Source: a virus
Direction: 5' to 3' (one strand)
DNA length: 64,000 bases
IMG/VR virus record: IMGVR_UViG_3300035703_004050
Span: 1 to 64,000 of that record
Shown: positions 28,897-38,028 of the stretch, one piece after another
Position numbering within the stretch: the stretch's first letter is position 1
Layout of the letters: each line of letters begins with the position of its first letter
Notes under the pieces: generated by a model
The model's input: only the letters and a program-made list of their open reading frames with translations
Database searches by the model: none
What the model was told of the DNA's origin: nothing
Translations under genes and position numbers: made by a program

Positions 28897-29928
28897 ATGA
28901 AGCTTTCTGATATTGAAAAAACAAATAGTTCAGCAATGAACAAGAAGATGCGAGATGTGTTAGGATGGAATTTAAACTTAGATGCAATGACTGTAAGTTC
29001 TGCTACAAGCATGATGGAAAGCATTGACAGCAAGTTAGCAACAGTTCGTCAAAGTCATAAACTACATGAAAGCCAAAATAATCCAAATTATGTTGGTATG
29101 ATAATGGCAAAGCAAATTCTTGAAAGCTATGTTGCAGAAGCAATAAAGAAGAATGTAAAAGAATCAGAACTTAAAGTTAAAGAAGGTAATAAGTTCAGCG
29201 GAGAATTAACTAAAGCAAAAGCTTCTGGAAAAGAAGAGTTTGAAGTTGATGGCAAGAAGTATAAAGTTTCTGGCGGAAAAACTGAAAAGAAAGTTGACGA
29301 GTCAAAAAAGAAGGTTAATGAAAAAGCAGTATCAAAGTCACAGCAACAAGCTGCTGGTGCTGCACTAGCTGCAAAGCGTGGTGATGCTCCAAAGAGTAAA
29401 CTAAAAGGCGCATCAAAAGAAATGATGGGCATGAGCACTAAGGAACTTGAAAAGTTTGCTAAGACCAAGCACAAAGGTCTTCCAAAGAAGAAAGTTTCAG
29501 AATCCCGTTTATTTGAAGACGAGCTTGGACAAGCACAAGCAATGCTTGCTGCAAAGGACATGGTAGACTCAATGCAGGACATGATAGAAGATCTAAGCAA
29601 GATGCTTAACGAACAGCTTCCTCCACTTACAGACAGTATTCGTACAGCAATTGGTAGCGCAGAAGCAGATAGCTTTAAAGCAAGCGCAAGTTCAACACTT
29701 AGTTCATTGCTAACAACTGTACAGTCAAGCAGAGAAGCAATGGATCAAGCTGTACGTTCACTAAGTGGCGAACCAGCTGCTGTAAGTGTTCCAAGTGCCG
29801 GTGCAGACATGGACATGGGCGAACCAGATCTAGGTGATGATGATTTAGATCTAGGCGACGAGGATGATTTTGGTGCTAGCGATGCTGCTGTAGGCGGTGA
29901 TCTTCCAATGGGTCGTGAAAAGAGATAA
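28897..29928 (+). CDS. Prohead core/scaffold-like protein with an internal DUF3008-like domain
   Basis: TATAAATA promoter; many (V/L)-x-E sites; SKSQQQAAGAALAAKRG...KGASKEM...ELEKFAKTKHKGLP; acidic tail. Confidence 0.55.
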   Translation: MKLSDIEKTNSSAMNKKMRDVLGWNLNLDAMTVSSATSMMESIDSKLATVRQSHKLHESQNNPNYVGMIMAKQILESYVAEAIKKNVKESELKVKEGNKFSGELTKAKASGKEEFEVDGKKYKVSGGKTEKKVDESKKKVNEKAVSKSQQQAAGAALAAKRGDAPKSKLKGASKEMMGMSTKELEKFAKTKHKGLPKKKVSESRLFEDELGQAQAMLAAKDMVDSMQDMIEDLSKMLNEQLPPLTDSIRTAIGSAEADSFKASASSTLSSLLTTVQSSREAMDQAVRSLSGEPAAVSVPSAGADMDMGEPDLGDDDLDLGDEDDFGASDAAVGGDLPMGREKR

Positions 29929-29933
29929 TATAA

Positions 29934-30287
29934 ATGCGTTTGTTTGAGATCGCCCCACAACGAACAGAAGGTCCCGAACCAGTTCTAATGGCTATACTAA
30001 GTTACCTTAAGGGTAAAGGCGATCAAAGAGCATCAGGTGTACGTGTACCAATGTCCAGCATTGAAGCATTAATGCAAAATGCTGGACAATCTATTACATA
30101 TGCTGAAATAGAAGATTTAAGACAAAAAAATCAAACAATTAACAATCTAATTAAAAGCATTAATCAAGATGAAATCATCATTAACACTCAAAGCAATGAT
30201 GAAGTAAGCGACGACCTAGAGTACCAACCTGGTGACGAACAAGATGTAGCAATGATGGCTAAAAGAGCAGCTACACGTCGTGATTAA
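29934..30287 (+). CDS. Putative virion protein
   Basis: N-terminus MRLFEI; late block. Confidence 0.55.
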   Translation: MRLFEIAPQRTEGPEPVLMAILSYLKGKGDQRASGVRVPMSSIEALMQNAGQSITYAEIEDLRQKNQTINNLIKSINQDEIIINTQSNDEVSDDLEYQPGDEQDVAMMAKRAATRRD

Positions 30288-30323
30288 TTTGTTATTTTAA
30301 ATAAAATCATTTAAACTTAATAG

Positions 30324-31010
30324 ATGTTATTAAAATCAATTTACGAGTATTCTAGTATTAAAAGAATACAATCTGATATTGGTCGTCAATATCTTACACC
30401 TGATGGTAACAAAGTTCCCAGCGTAACTACCATATTGGACAAAACAAAACCAATCGAAAAAGTCCAGGCACTAAACGAATGGCGTAACCGCGTTGGTCAT
30501 GCACAAGCAGCAGAGATTACAAAGAATGCTGCAAATCGTGGCACTATCATGCACAAGCGATTAGAGGAATATATTGCAGGAGAAATGAAACCCCCTGGTT
30601 CAAATGTTGTTCATGCTCAGGCTGCTAAGATGGCAGATGCAATTATTGAACAATATATGAAACCATTTGTAAGCGAAGTTTGGGGAAGTGAAGTAAACTT
30701 ATATTATACTGGTCTTTACGCAGGCACAACAGACTGTGTTGGTGTTTGGAAAGGTGCTCCAGCTATAATGGACTTTAAACAAACCAATAAGCCAAAGAAA
30801 CGAGAATGGATTGAGGATTATTTCCTACAATTATCTGCTTATGCTCATGCTCATAATCACATATATGGTACAGAGATTAAACAGGGTATTATTCTTATGT
30901 GTTCTGGAGAAATAGAAACACAGCTATTTGAACTTAATTTAGAAGAGTTTGATAAGCATAGTGATTTATGGTGGCAACGAGTTGAGCAATATCATCTAAA
31001 AAATACATAA
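30324..31010 (+). CDS. PD-(D/E)xK exonuclease (Cas4-like phage family)
   Basis: PSVTTIL, RGTIMH, YAGTTD, IMDFKQ and QLSAYA motifs. Confidence 0.85.
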   Translation: MLLKSIYEYSSIKRIQSDIGRQYLTPDGNKVPSVTTILDKTKPIEKVQALNEWRNRVGHAQAAEITKNAANRGTIMHKRLEEYIAGEMKPPGSNVVHAQAAKMADAIIEQYMKPFVSEVWGSEVNLYYTGLYAGTTDCVGVWKGAPAIMDFKQTNKPKKREWIEDYFLQLSAYAHAHNHIYGTEIKQGIILMCSGEIETQLFELNLEEFDKHSDLWWQRVEQYHLKNT

Positions 31011-31036
31011 ATAGTTAGATATAGCAGGATAACGAA

Positions 31037-32623
31037 ATGCCAATCATTACTATTAGCAAGATTCAACACAGATATGGTTTAGGGGAAAATTTACCACAAT
31101 TGTCAGCAGCAGAATTTGGTTGGGCAATTGATCAACGTAGATTGTTTATTGGTAATGGTCCAACAAGTGAAGGTGCCCCAAGTATTGGTAATACAGAAAT
31201 TTTAACCCAATACAGCAACCTTTTAGAAGTAGCACAAAATTCCTATACTTATAAGGATGTTGCTGTTGGATATGAAGCAGTAACTGGCCCAAGCCCAGCA
31301 TCGCCAACTACACGTAGTTTACAAGAAAAGTTAGACGACTTTGTTAACGTAAGAGATTATGGTGCTTTAGGTGATGGCGTTGTGGATGATACTGAAGCTA
31401 TTCAAAGAGCGTTATCAGATTTATATACAAGGGACGCAAATCCTGCAGTTAGAAGAATACTTTATTTTCCTGCAGGAAAATATTTAATTAGCGATACTAT
31501 TAAAATACCTCCTTATGCTACATTACAAGGTGAAGGTAAAAATTGTACAATTTTGTTTACTACAGATGACTCATTAGATTGTGTAGCACGTATTGCAGAT
31601 AGTAAATTACAAGTTGGTTCATCAATTGGTATGAATGGTGCAGTACTTCCAGTATATATTACAATAAATGATTTAACTTTTAACTCCAACTCATATGATA
31701 TGGATGTTTTTATTCTTAATGCTAGCAAGTATATACATTTTAATCGTGTAGCATTTGATGGTAATAGAAGTATTGTTCCGACTACAACTGGTACACTCGC
31801 AACCGGCGTAAAAATATTCAGTACGGAAATTAACATTTCTAGAAATATTGTTTTTAATGAATGTGAGTTTTCAGGACTTAACTACGGCACTATATTAGAT
31901 GATGACATGGAAAACGTTGTATTTGATAAGTGTGTATTCAAAAAACTTTTTATTGCTGCTAAAATAAGTGAATCTACATTAGGAACAGGTACAAGTGTGC
32001 TTGGTCCTCAAGGGTTGAGAATAACCAATAGTTTGTTTGATGAAATTTACAATTCAGCTATTGTAAACTATACAGAAAACAAGTTTACAAGCGCGTTTAA
32101 TACATATTTGGATGTTGGTAATCAAAGCATAAACAATCCAACTTATCCAATTATAATATTTCAAGGTAGCGGTAGCGCAAGTATTTGCGACTCTTTCAAA
32201 AGAACTAATACAGAAAATTTATCAAGTCCTAGAATAAGTTACGATGATACTAAATCAATTTTTATTGAACCATCACTTGGATTGTTTGTAGGTAAAAGAC
32301 AAATTGAAGCAGGAGATGTAATTACATTAACTGATAATACTAGTGTTGCTACTAACACAACTATCGCATTTAAGACTACAACTAAGTCACAAAAAGTTAA
32401 TTACATAGCAACAAGAGATACTATAGTGAGAAATGGCACATTAGAAATTACTGCTACAGATGCAGGCATCACAGTTAGCGATAATTTTACTGAAAATGGT
32501 TCTGACATGGGACTAACATTAACAGCAACAATATCAGGATCCGATGTACTTGTAAAGTATACTACAACTAATACTGGTGACGATATTACTTTCTCTTATA
32601 GCGTGGATCGCAATCTAATTTGA
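31037..32623 (+). CDS. Tail/baseplate protein with a pectate-lyase-like beta-helix
   Basis: N-terminal IQHRYG...LP.L...EFGW..D...LFIGNG; VNVRDYGALGDGVVDDTEAIQRAL...FPAGKY. Confidence 0.75.
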   Translation: MPIITISKIQHRYGLGENLPQLSAAEFGWAIDQRRLFIGNGPTSEGAPSIGNTEILTQYSNLLEVAQNSYTYKDVAVGYEAVTGPSPASPTTRSLQEKLDDFVNVRDYGALGDGVVDDTEAIQRALSDLYTRDANPAVRRILYFPAGKYLISDTIKIPPYATLQGEGKNCTILFTTDDSLDCVARIADSKLQVGSSIGMNGAVLPVYITINDLTFNSNSYDMDVFILNASKYIHFNRVAFDGNRSIVPTTTGTLATGVKIFSTEINISRNIVFNECEFSGLNYGTILDDDMENVVFDKCVFKKLFIAAKISESTLGTGTSVLGPQGLRITNSLFDEIYNSAIVNYTENKFTSAFNTYLDVGNQSINNPTYPIIIFQGSGSASICDSFKRTNTENLSSPRISYDDTKSIFIEPSLGLFVGKRQIEAGDVITLTDNTSVATNTTIAFKTTTKSQKVNYIATRDTIVRNGTLEITATDAGITVSDNFTENGSDMGLTLTATISGSDVLVKYTTTNTGDDITFSYSVDRNLI

Positions 32624-33072
32624 TTTGGCACGACATTAGTTGTCGAGATCGTATATTAAAATGGCGAGAATGGCGCAATACCCTTTCTCTTTTGCCTCTC
32701 AACGATTGTTTAACTGAAGTAGCAGTAGCATGGGCAAAAGCACCTGTAGTAAATCATTATCTAACACCAGATGATATAAATGAATGGCCAGATCCTTGGA
32801 ACTTAATTAATGATAATATCTACTGTGATTTAAGTATTACGCTAGGTATGTTTTATACTCTTTCACTTTCCGATAATTCACATATTCCCAATAATATAAG
32901 CATAGAAATATATAAGACCAACGATGGTTGGGTTAATTTATGCTCGCTTGACAATGGATTATACATGCTTAATTGGGAACCTAGAACTATTGTAAATAAA
33001 TCCACGATCCCCAATTTAGGGAATCCAATTTTTAGTTATTCTAAAATTGACCTACAAAGCAAGTTAAATTAA
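32620..33072 (+). CDS. Hypothetical protein, possibly transglutaminase-like cysteine-peptidase fold
   Basis: WPDPW.L.....YCD....GMFYTL resembles the BTLCP motif. Confidence 0.4.
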   Translation: MIWHDISCRDRILKWREWRNTLSLLPLNDCLTEVAVAWAKAPVVNHYLTPDDINEWPDPWNLINDNIYCDLSITLGMFYTLSLSDNSHIPNNISIEIYKTNDGWVNLCSLDNGLYMLNWEPRTIVNKSTIPNLGNPIFSYSKIDLQSKLN

Positions 33073-33098
33073 ACTATTAAGTTATTAAAGGAACGTCT

Positions 33099-35402
33099 AT
33101 GAACAAAATTCAAGTAACAAAGCGTAATGGCGCCAAAGAAGATTTAAACCTAGATAAGCTACACAAAGTAGTATTTTGGGCAACTGAAGGAATCGCTGGT
33201 GTAAGTGCTAGCGAAGTTGAACTTCGAAGTCAAATTCAATTCTATAACAACATTAAAAGTACTGAGATACAAGAAATGTTGATTAAGAGTGCTGCTGATT
33301 TAATTACAGAAGATAGCCCAAATTATCAATATGTTGCTGGTCGTTTAATTAATTTTCATTTGCGTAAGCAAGTGTATAGTCGCTTTTTGCCATGGAGTTT
33401 ACTTGAAATTGTTAATAAGAACATTGAACGTGGACTATACGATAAAGAACTAATCAATTACTATACAGAAGAAGAGTGGCGCAAGCTTGATAGCTACATT
33501 AAACATGATCGCGATATGGAACTTACATATGTTGCTATGGAACAGCTACGTGGTAAGTATCTAGTACAGAACCGTGTTAACGGTGAAATTTACGAAACTC
33601 CACAAGTGGCATATATGCTTATTGCTGCTACACTATTTGCAAATTATCCAAAGGAGACACGCATTGGTTGGGTCAGAGACTATTACGAGGCAATTAGCAA
33701 GCATGATATCAGCTTACCCACACCAGTCATGGCAGGAGTACGAACACCGCAGCGTCAATTTAGTTCCTGTGTTCTTATTGAAAGCGAGGATAGCTTGGAT
33801 TCTATCAACGCAACAGCTAGTTCAATCGTTAAGTATGTTTCGCAAAAAGCTGGCATTGGTATTGGTGCGGGAAGTATTAGGGCTATTAATAGTCCTATAC
33901 GTAATGGTGATACCGCTCATACTGGCGTTATCCCATTCTTCAAATATTTTCAATCAGCCGTTAAGTCTTGTAGCCAAGGAGGTGTACGTGGAGGTGCAGC
34001 AACGCTTTACTATCCCATATGGCACCTTGAAGTAGAAGATTTACTCGTACTAAAGAATAACAAAGGAACAGATGATACCCGTGTGCGTCATATGGATTAT
34101 GGTGTTCAGTTTAACAAGTTAATGTATGAGCGTCTTCTAACAGGTGGGGATATTACACTATTCTCTCCAAACGATGTACCAGGATTGTATGAAGCATTTT
34201 TTAATGATCAAGATAAGTTTCGCGAACTATATGAAACGGCAGAACGTAACACAAGACTACGAAAAAAGAAGATAAAAGCCATTGATTTGTTTAGTTCATT
34301 TATGAGTGAACGAAAAGACACTGGTCGTATCTATCTACAAAATGTAGATCATAGCAATACACACAGTTCATTTGATGAAAAGAAGTGGCCAGTAAAAATG
34401 TCAAATCTTTGTGCAGAAATTACACTACCAACAAAACCACTTACACATATGTTTGACGAAGAAGGTCGCATTGCACTTTGTACACTAAGCGCAATCAACT
34501 GGGGTAACATTAAAGATCCAAAAGATTTTGAAAAACCATGTACACTAGCTATTCGTGGGCTTGATGCATTATTAAGTTATCAAAATTATCCAGTATTAGC
34601 TGCGGAACTTTCTACAAACGATTTTCGCCCTCTCGGCGTTGGTATTATTAACCTTGCGTACTTCCTTGCAAAAAACGACGTAAGCTATAGTGATCCAGCA
34701 GCACTTGCACTTGTAGATGAATATGCAGAAGCATGGAGTTATTATCTCATTAAGGCCAGTGCAGATCTTGCAGCAGAGCAAGGTGCATGTGGTCTTAGCG
34801 AAGATACAAAGTATGCAAAAGGCATGGTACCATGCGATACACGTAAACTTGAAGTAGATGAATTAGTATCTCACAATGAGCGTATGCCGTGGAACGATTT
34901 ACGTGAACAACTAAAAGAAACTGGCATTCGTAATGCAACTGTTATGGCACTTATGCCAGCAGAAACAAGCGCACAAATTGCCAATGCTACAAACGGTATT
35001 GAACCTCCTCGCGCCTATGTTTCCGTTAAGCAGTCAAAGCACGGTGTGCTTAAGCAAGTAGTGCCTGGTTATCCGCGTTTAAAGAACAAGTATGAACTAC
35101 TTTGGGATCAGCAGAGTCCAGAAGGTTATTTAAAGATTTGTGCTATTCTCCAAAAGTGGATAGATCAAAGCATTTCAACTAATACTTCTTATAATCCAAC
35201 GTTCTATGATGATGATAAGATTCCAATGAGTGAAATGCTTAAGCACTTAGTACTTTGCTATAAGTATGGAATCAAAACTCTTTATTACTTCAATACATTT
35301 GATGGTGCAGGTGAAGTAGATGTTGACAAGATGGTTAATAAAGCTGTAGAGTTAGAACCTGTAGTTACAGATGATGAATCTTGCGATAGTTGTGTAATTT
35401 AA
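33099..35402 (+). CDS. nrdA: Ribonucleotide reductase class Ia alpha subunit
   Basis: ATP cone (VTKRNG), FSSCVL, CSQGGVRGG, SNLCAEI, TLYY and C-terminal CDSC. Confidence 0.97.
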   Translation: MNKIQVTKRNGAKEDLNLDKLHKVVFWATEGIAGVSASEVELRSQIQFYNNIKSTEIQEMLIKSAADLITEDSPNYQYVAGRLINFHLRKQVYSRFLPWSLLEIVNKNIERGLYDKELINYYTEEEWRKLDSYIKHDRDMELTYVAMEQLRGKYLVQNRVNGEIYETPQVAYMLIAATLFANYPKETRIGWVRDYYEAISKHDISLPTPVMAGVRTPQRQFSSCVLIESEDSLDSINATASSIVKYVSQKAGIGIGAGSIRAINSPIRNGDTAHTGVIPFFKYFQSAVKSCSQGGVRGGAATLYYPIWHLEVEDLLVLKNNKGTDDTRVRHMDYGVQFNKLMYERLLTGGDITLFSPNDVPGLYEAFFNDQDKFRELYETAERNTRLRKKKIKAIDLFSSFMSERKDTGRIYLQNVDHSNTHSSFDEKKWPVKMSNLCAEITLPTKPLTHMFDEEGRIALCTLSAINWGNIKDPKDFEKPCTLAIRGLDALLSYQNYPVLAAELSTNDFRPLGVGIINLAYFLAKNDVSYSDPAALALVDEYAEAWSYYLIKASADLAAEQGACGLSEDTKYAKGMVPCDTRKLEVDELVSHNERMPWNDLREQLKETGIRNATVMALMPAETSAQIANATNGIEPPRAYVSVKQSKHGVLKQVVPGYPRLKNKYELLWDQQSPEGYLKICAILQKWIDQSISTNTSYNPTFYDDDKIPMSEMLKHLVLCYKYGIKTLYYFNTFDGAGEVDVDKMVNKAVELEPVVTDDESCDSCVI

Positions 35403-35412
35403 AGAGGAAATA

Positions 35413-36525
35413 ATGAGCGTATTTGATATTAATAATAAGAGCGACCATACTAAAAGTTTGGCGTTTTTAGATCCAAATGGTGGTGTAACTATTCAACGTT
35501 ATGATACTATGAAGTATCCAGCTATTGACAAACTTACTGACAAGCAGCTAAGTTTCTTTTGGCGTCCAGAAGAAGTTGATACACTGCGTGATGCTAAGGA
35601 CTTTAAAGCTCTTACAGATCATGAACAGCATATCTTTACAAGTAATCTAAAGCGTCAAATACTTTTAGATAGTGTTCAAGGTCGCGCACCAAGTGTAGCG
35701 TTTGGTCCTATCTGTTCATTGCCAGAACTTGAGAATTGGATTACTACTTGGACATTTAGTGAAACAATTCACTCACGTTCATATACACACATCATTCGTA
35801 ATGTCTACGCAAATCCAAGTGTTATCTTTGATGGCTTAATGGACATTGCAGAGATTATTGATTGTGCTAAAGACATTAGTAAGAATTACGATGAATTAAT
35901 TCATTACAATAATGTTCTTGCTACACTGCCAAAAACATACGAAGAAACACCCAATGCTGCCTATAAACATAAACGAGCACTTTGGCTTGCGCTTATGAGC
36001 GTAAACATTCTAGAAGGTGTGCGCTTCTATGTCAGCTTTGCTTGCAGTTGGGCGTTTGCTGAAACCAAACGTATGGAAGGCAACGCAAAGATTATCAAAT
36101 TTATTGCAAGAGATGAAAATCTACACTTGGCGGGGACGCAACTCTTGTTAAAGACATTGCCTAAAGACGATCCAGTATTTGTACAAATTGCAGAAGAAAC
36201 AAAAGAAGAAGCAATTAAAATGTTTGTAGATGCTGCTAATCAAGAGAAATCTTGGGCAAAGTATCTATTTAAAGACGGATCAATGATTGGTCTCAACGAA
36301 CAATTGTTAAACGAGTACGTAGAATGGATTACTGCTCGACGTATGCAAAGTGTAGGATTGCCGTGTCCATATAAAGTTGGATCTAATCCATTACCTTGGA
36401 CACAAAAGTGGATTAGTGGTATGGAAGTACAAGTTGCACCTCAAGAAACAGAAATCAGTTCATACACTATTGGCGCCGTAAAACAAGACGTTAATGAAAA
36501 TACATTTAAAGGAATAAGCCTATGA
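35413..36525 (+). CDS. nrdB: Ribonucleotide reductase class Ia beta subunit
   Basis: FFWRPEE, ETIHSRSY, EGVRFY, RDENLH and VAPQETE motifs. Confidence 0.97.
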   Translation: MSVFDINNKSDHTKSLAFLDPNGGVTIQRYDTMKYPAIDKLTDKQLSFFWRPEEVDTLRDAKDFKALTDHEQHIFTSNLKRQILLDSVQGRAPSVAFGPICSLPELENWITTWTFSETIHSRSYTHIIRNVYANPSVIFDGLMDIAEIIDCAKDISKNYDELIHYNNVLATLPKTYEETPNAAYKHKRALWLALMSVNILEGVRFYVSFACSWAFAETKRMEGNAKIIKFIARDENLHLAGTQLLLKTLPKDDPVFVQIAEETKEEAIKMFVDAANQEKSWAKYLFKDGSMIGLNEQLLNEYVEWITARRMQSVGLPCPYKVGSNPLPWTQKWISGMEVQVAPQETEISSYTIGAVKQDVNENTFKGISL

Positions 36526-36776
36526 AGACACTTACAATTTATACTAAACCCGGTTGCCAATATTGCGCTGCGGCTAAACAATATCTTAATGAGCAAGGTA
36601 TCGCTTATAATGAAGTTGATATTACTCTTAATGAAGATAAAGCAGATTGGTTGCGTAATCAAGGATTTAGAAGTTTACCAGTAATATATGCTGGAGATGA
36701 ACCACTTATTAACGGTGGTTGGACTACACTCAAAACAATGCGTAAGCATGAAATTATGGAAAGGTTAGCAGCTTAA
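36522..36776 (+). CDS. Glutaredoxin (NrdH/GrxC-like)
   Basis: YTKPGCQYC and SLPVI motifs; follows nrdB. Confidence 0.9.
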   Translation: MKTLTIYTKPGCQYCAAAKQYLNEQGIAYNEVDITLNEDKADWLRNQGFRSLPVIYAGDEPLINGGWTTLKTMRKHEIMERLAA

Positions 36777-37108
36777 TGCTATTAAACAAATCATACAATC
36801 AAGGCGATGTAATTACTTTCAAACTAACAACTGGTGAGGAAGTAATTGCTCGCTATGAGGGCGAAACATTAACTGAATATCAAATTAAAAAACCAGTTAC
36901 ATTAGCACCAACTCCAAATGGTAATCTTGGAATGTTGCCATCCATGTTTTCTGTAGAGTTAAATACAGTTACAATTAATTTGCAGAAGAGTGCTGTAGCA
37001 ATGTCAGCACAGAGTCGTAAAGAAGTAAGCGATGAATATACTCGCGGAACTAGCGGCATTAAACCTGCAAACTCAATTAACGAGTTATTAAATGTTAAAA
37101 ACAACTAA
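36776..37108 (+). CDS. Phage protein (Sm-like fold)
   Basis: KLTTGEEVIA...KPV.L...Y...TSGI. Confidence 0.6.
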   Translation: MLLNKSYNQGDVITFKLTTGEEVIARYEGETLTEYQIKKPVTLAPTPNGNLGMLPSMFSVELNTVTINLQKSAVAMSAQSRKEVSDEYTRGTSGIKPANSINELLNVKNN

Positions 37109-37679
37109 TACAAATGACGTTATTGTTATTGATGACTTTATACCTTTAAGTCTACAAGAACATTATAAAAATGTGTTACTTAAAGAAAACTTTCCTTGGT
37201 ATTATATGCAAGATATAACTACGGATAAAAATTTACAACTGAGACCTGCAGTTTCACATGTGTTGTATGATAATGGAACTAAAATTAGCCCACTTGAGAT
37301 TGATATTTTAGCTCATCTAGGAGCAGAAAAGTTTGGGTGGGCAATTAATTCAATAGTAAATGGAAAAACTATTTTACAGTTCCCTTTAAATCAAGATTTA
37401 ATTGGCACAGAAAAAGATAATTTACATATAGATATAGATCCATTTTATCCACATTTGGTTGTATTATACTACGTTCTCGATGCTGATGGAGATACAATTA
37501 TTACTAACGTCAAAACTGACGGCAAAACACCAAGTACAATTAAATTTGAAAATCAACCAATACTACAAAAAATAACACCAAAGCAAGGTCGTGTTGTTCT
37601 TTTTAACGGTAGTCATTATCATACTGCTGAACAACCAAAAAATGGAATTCGTTGTGTTATTAATTTAAACATTTATTAA
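37092..37679 (+). CDS. 2OG-Fe(II) oxygenase
   Basis: HxD (LHID), LYYV.DADGDT, PKQGR..LFNG..YH and R.VIN motifs. Confidence 0.8.
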   Translation: MLKTTNTNDVIVIDDFIPLSLQEHYKNVLLKENFPWYYMQDITTDKNLQLRPAVSHVLYDNGTKISPLEIDILAHLGAEKFGWAINSIVNGKTILQFPLNQDLIGTEKDNLHIDIDPFYPHLVVLYYVLDADGDTIITNVKTDGKTPSTIKFENQPILQKITPKQGRVVLFNGSHYHTAEQPKNGIRCVINLNIY

Positions 37680-37729
37680 AGCTTCATATTTTTCTAAGTT
37701 AAATACTATGTATTTAAAAGGATTGATGA

Positions 37730-38017
37730 ATGCCACGAGTAGTTCGAGAAGGTGATAAAAATGATGCAGGCGGAAAAGTACTAAAAGGAAATTCTAACTT
37801 TATTGTAGATGGAAAACCAGTTAGTGTAGACGGTTCTCCAGTATCCGCACACAGGCCGTTTAAAAAACCACATAAACCAAATGGAACTCCAAAAACAGCT
37901 AATGGAACTAATCGATTCTTAGTTGATGGAATACCAGTTAATGTAATTGGCAATAAAGACACCTGCAAACATACTAGGGTAGAAGGCAGTCCTAATTTTT
38001 ATGTGGCTAAGAGTTAA
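37730..38017 (+). CDS. PAAR-like spike-tip protein (gp5.4-like)
   Basis: Repeated V.G.PV...G motifs with His/Cys; TAAATA at 37700. Confidence 0.8.
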   Translation: MPRVVREGDKNDAGGKVLKGNSNFIVDGKPVSVDGSPVSAHRPFKKPHKPNGTPKTANGTNRFLVDGIPVNVIGNKDTCKHTRVEGSPNFYVAKS

Positions 38018-38028
38018 GGAAGCATTAG

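Noticed and set aside
30324-31010. Cas4-like nuclease as part of a CRISPR system
   Set aside because: No array or other cas genes in the window; it fits a stand-alone phage PD-(D/E)xK exonuclease.
33099-36525. Introns or inteins in nrdA/nrdB
   Set aside because: Both are continuous and of normal length.
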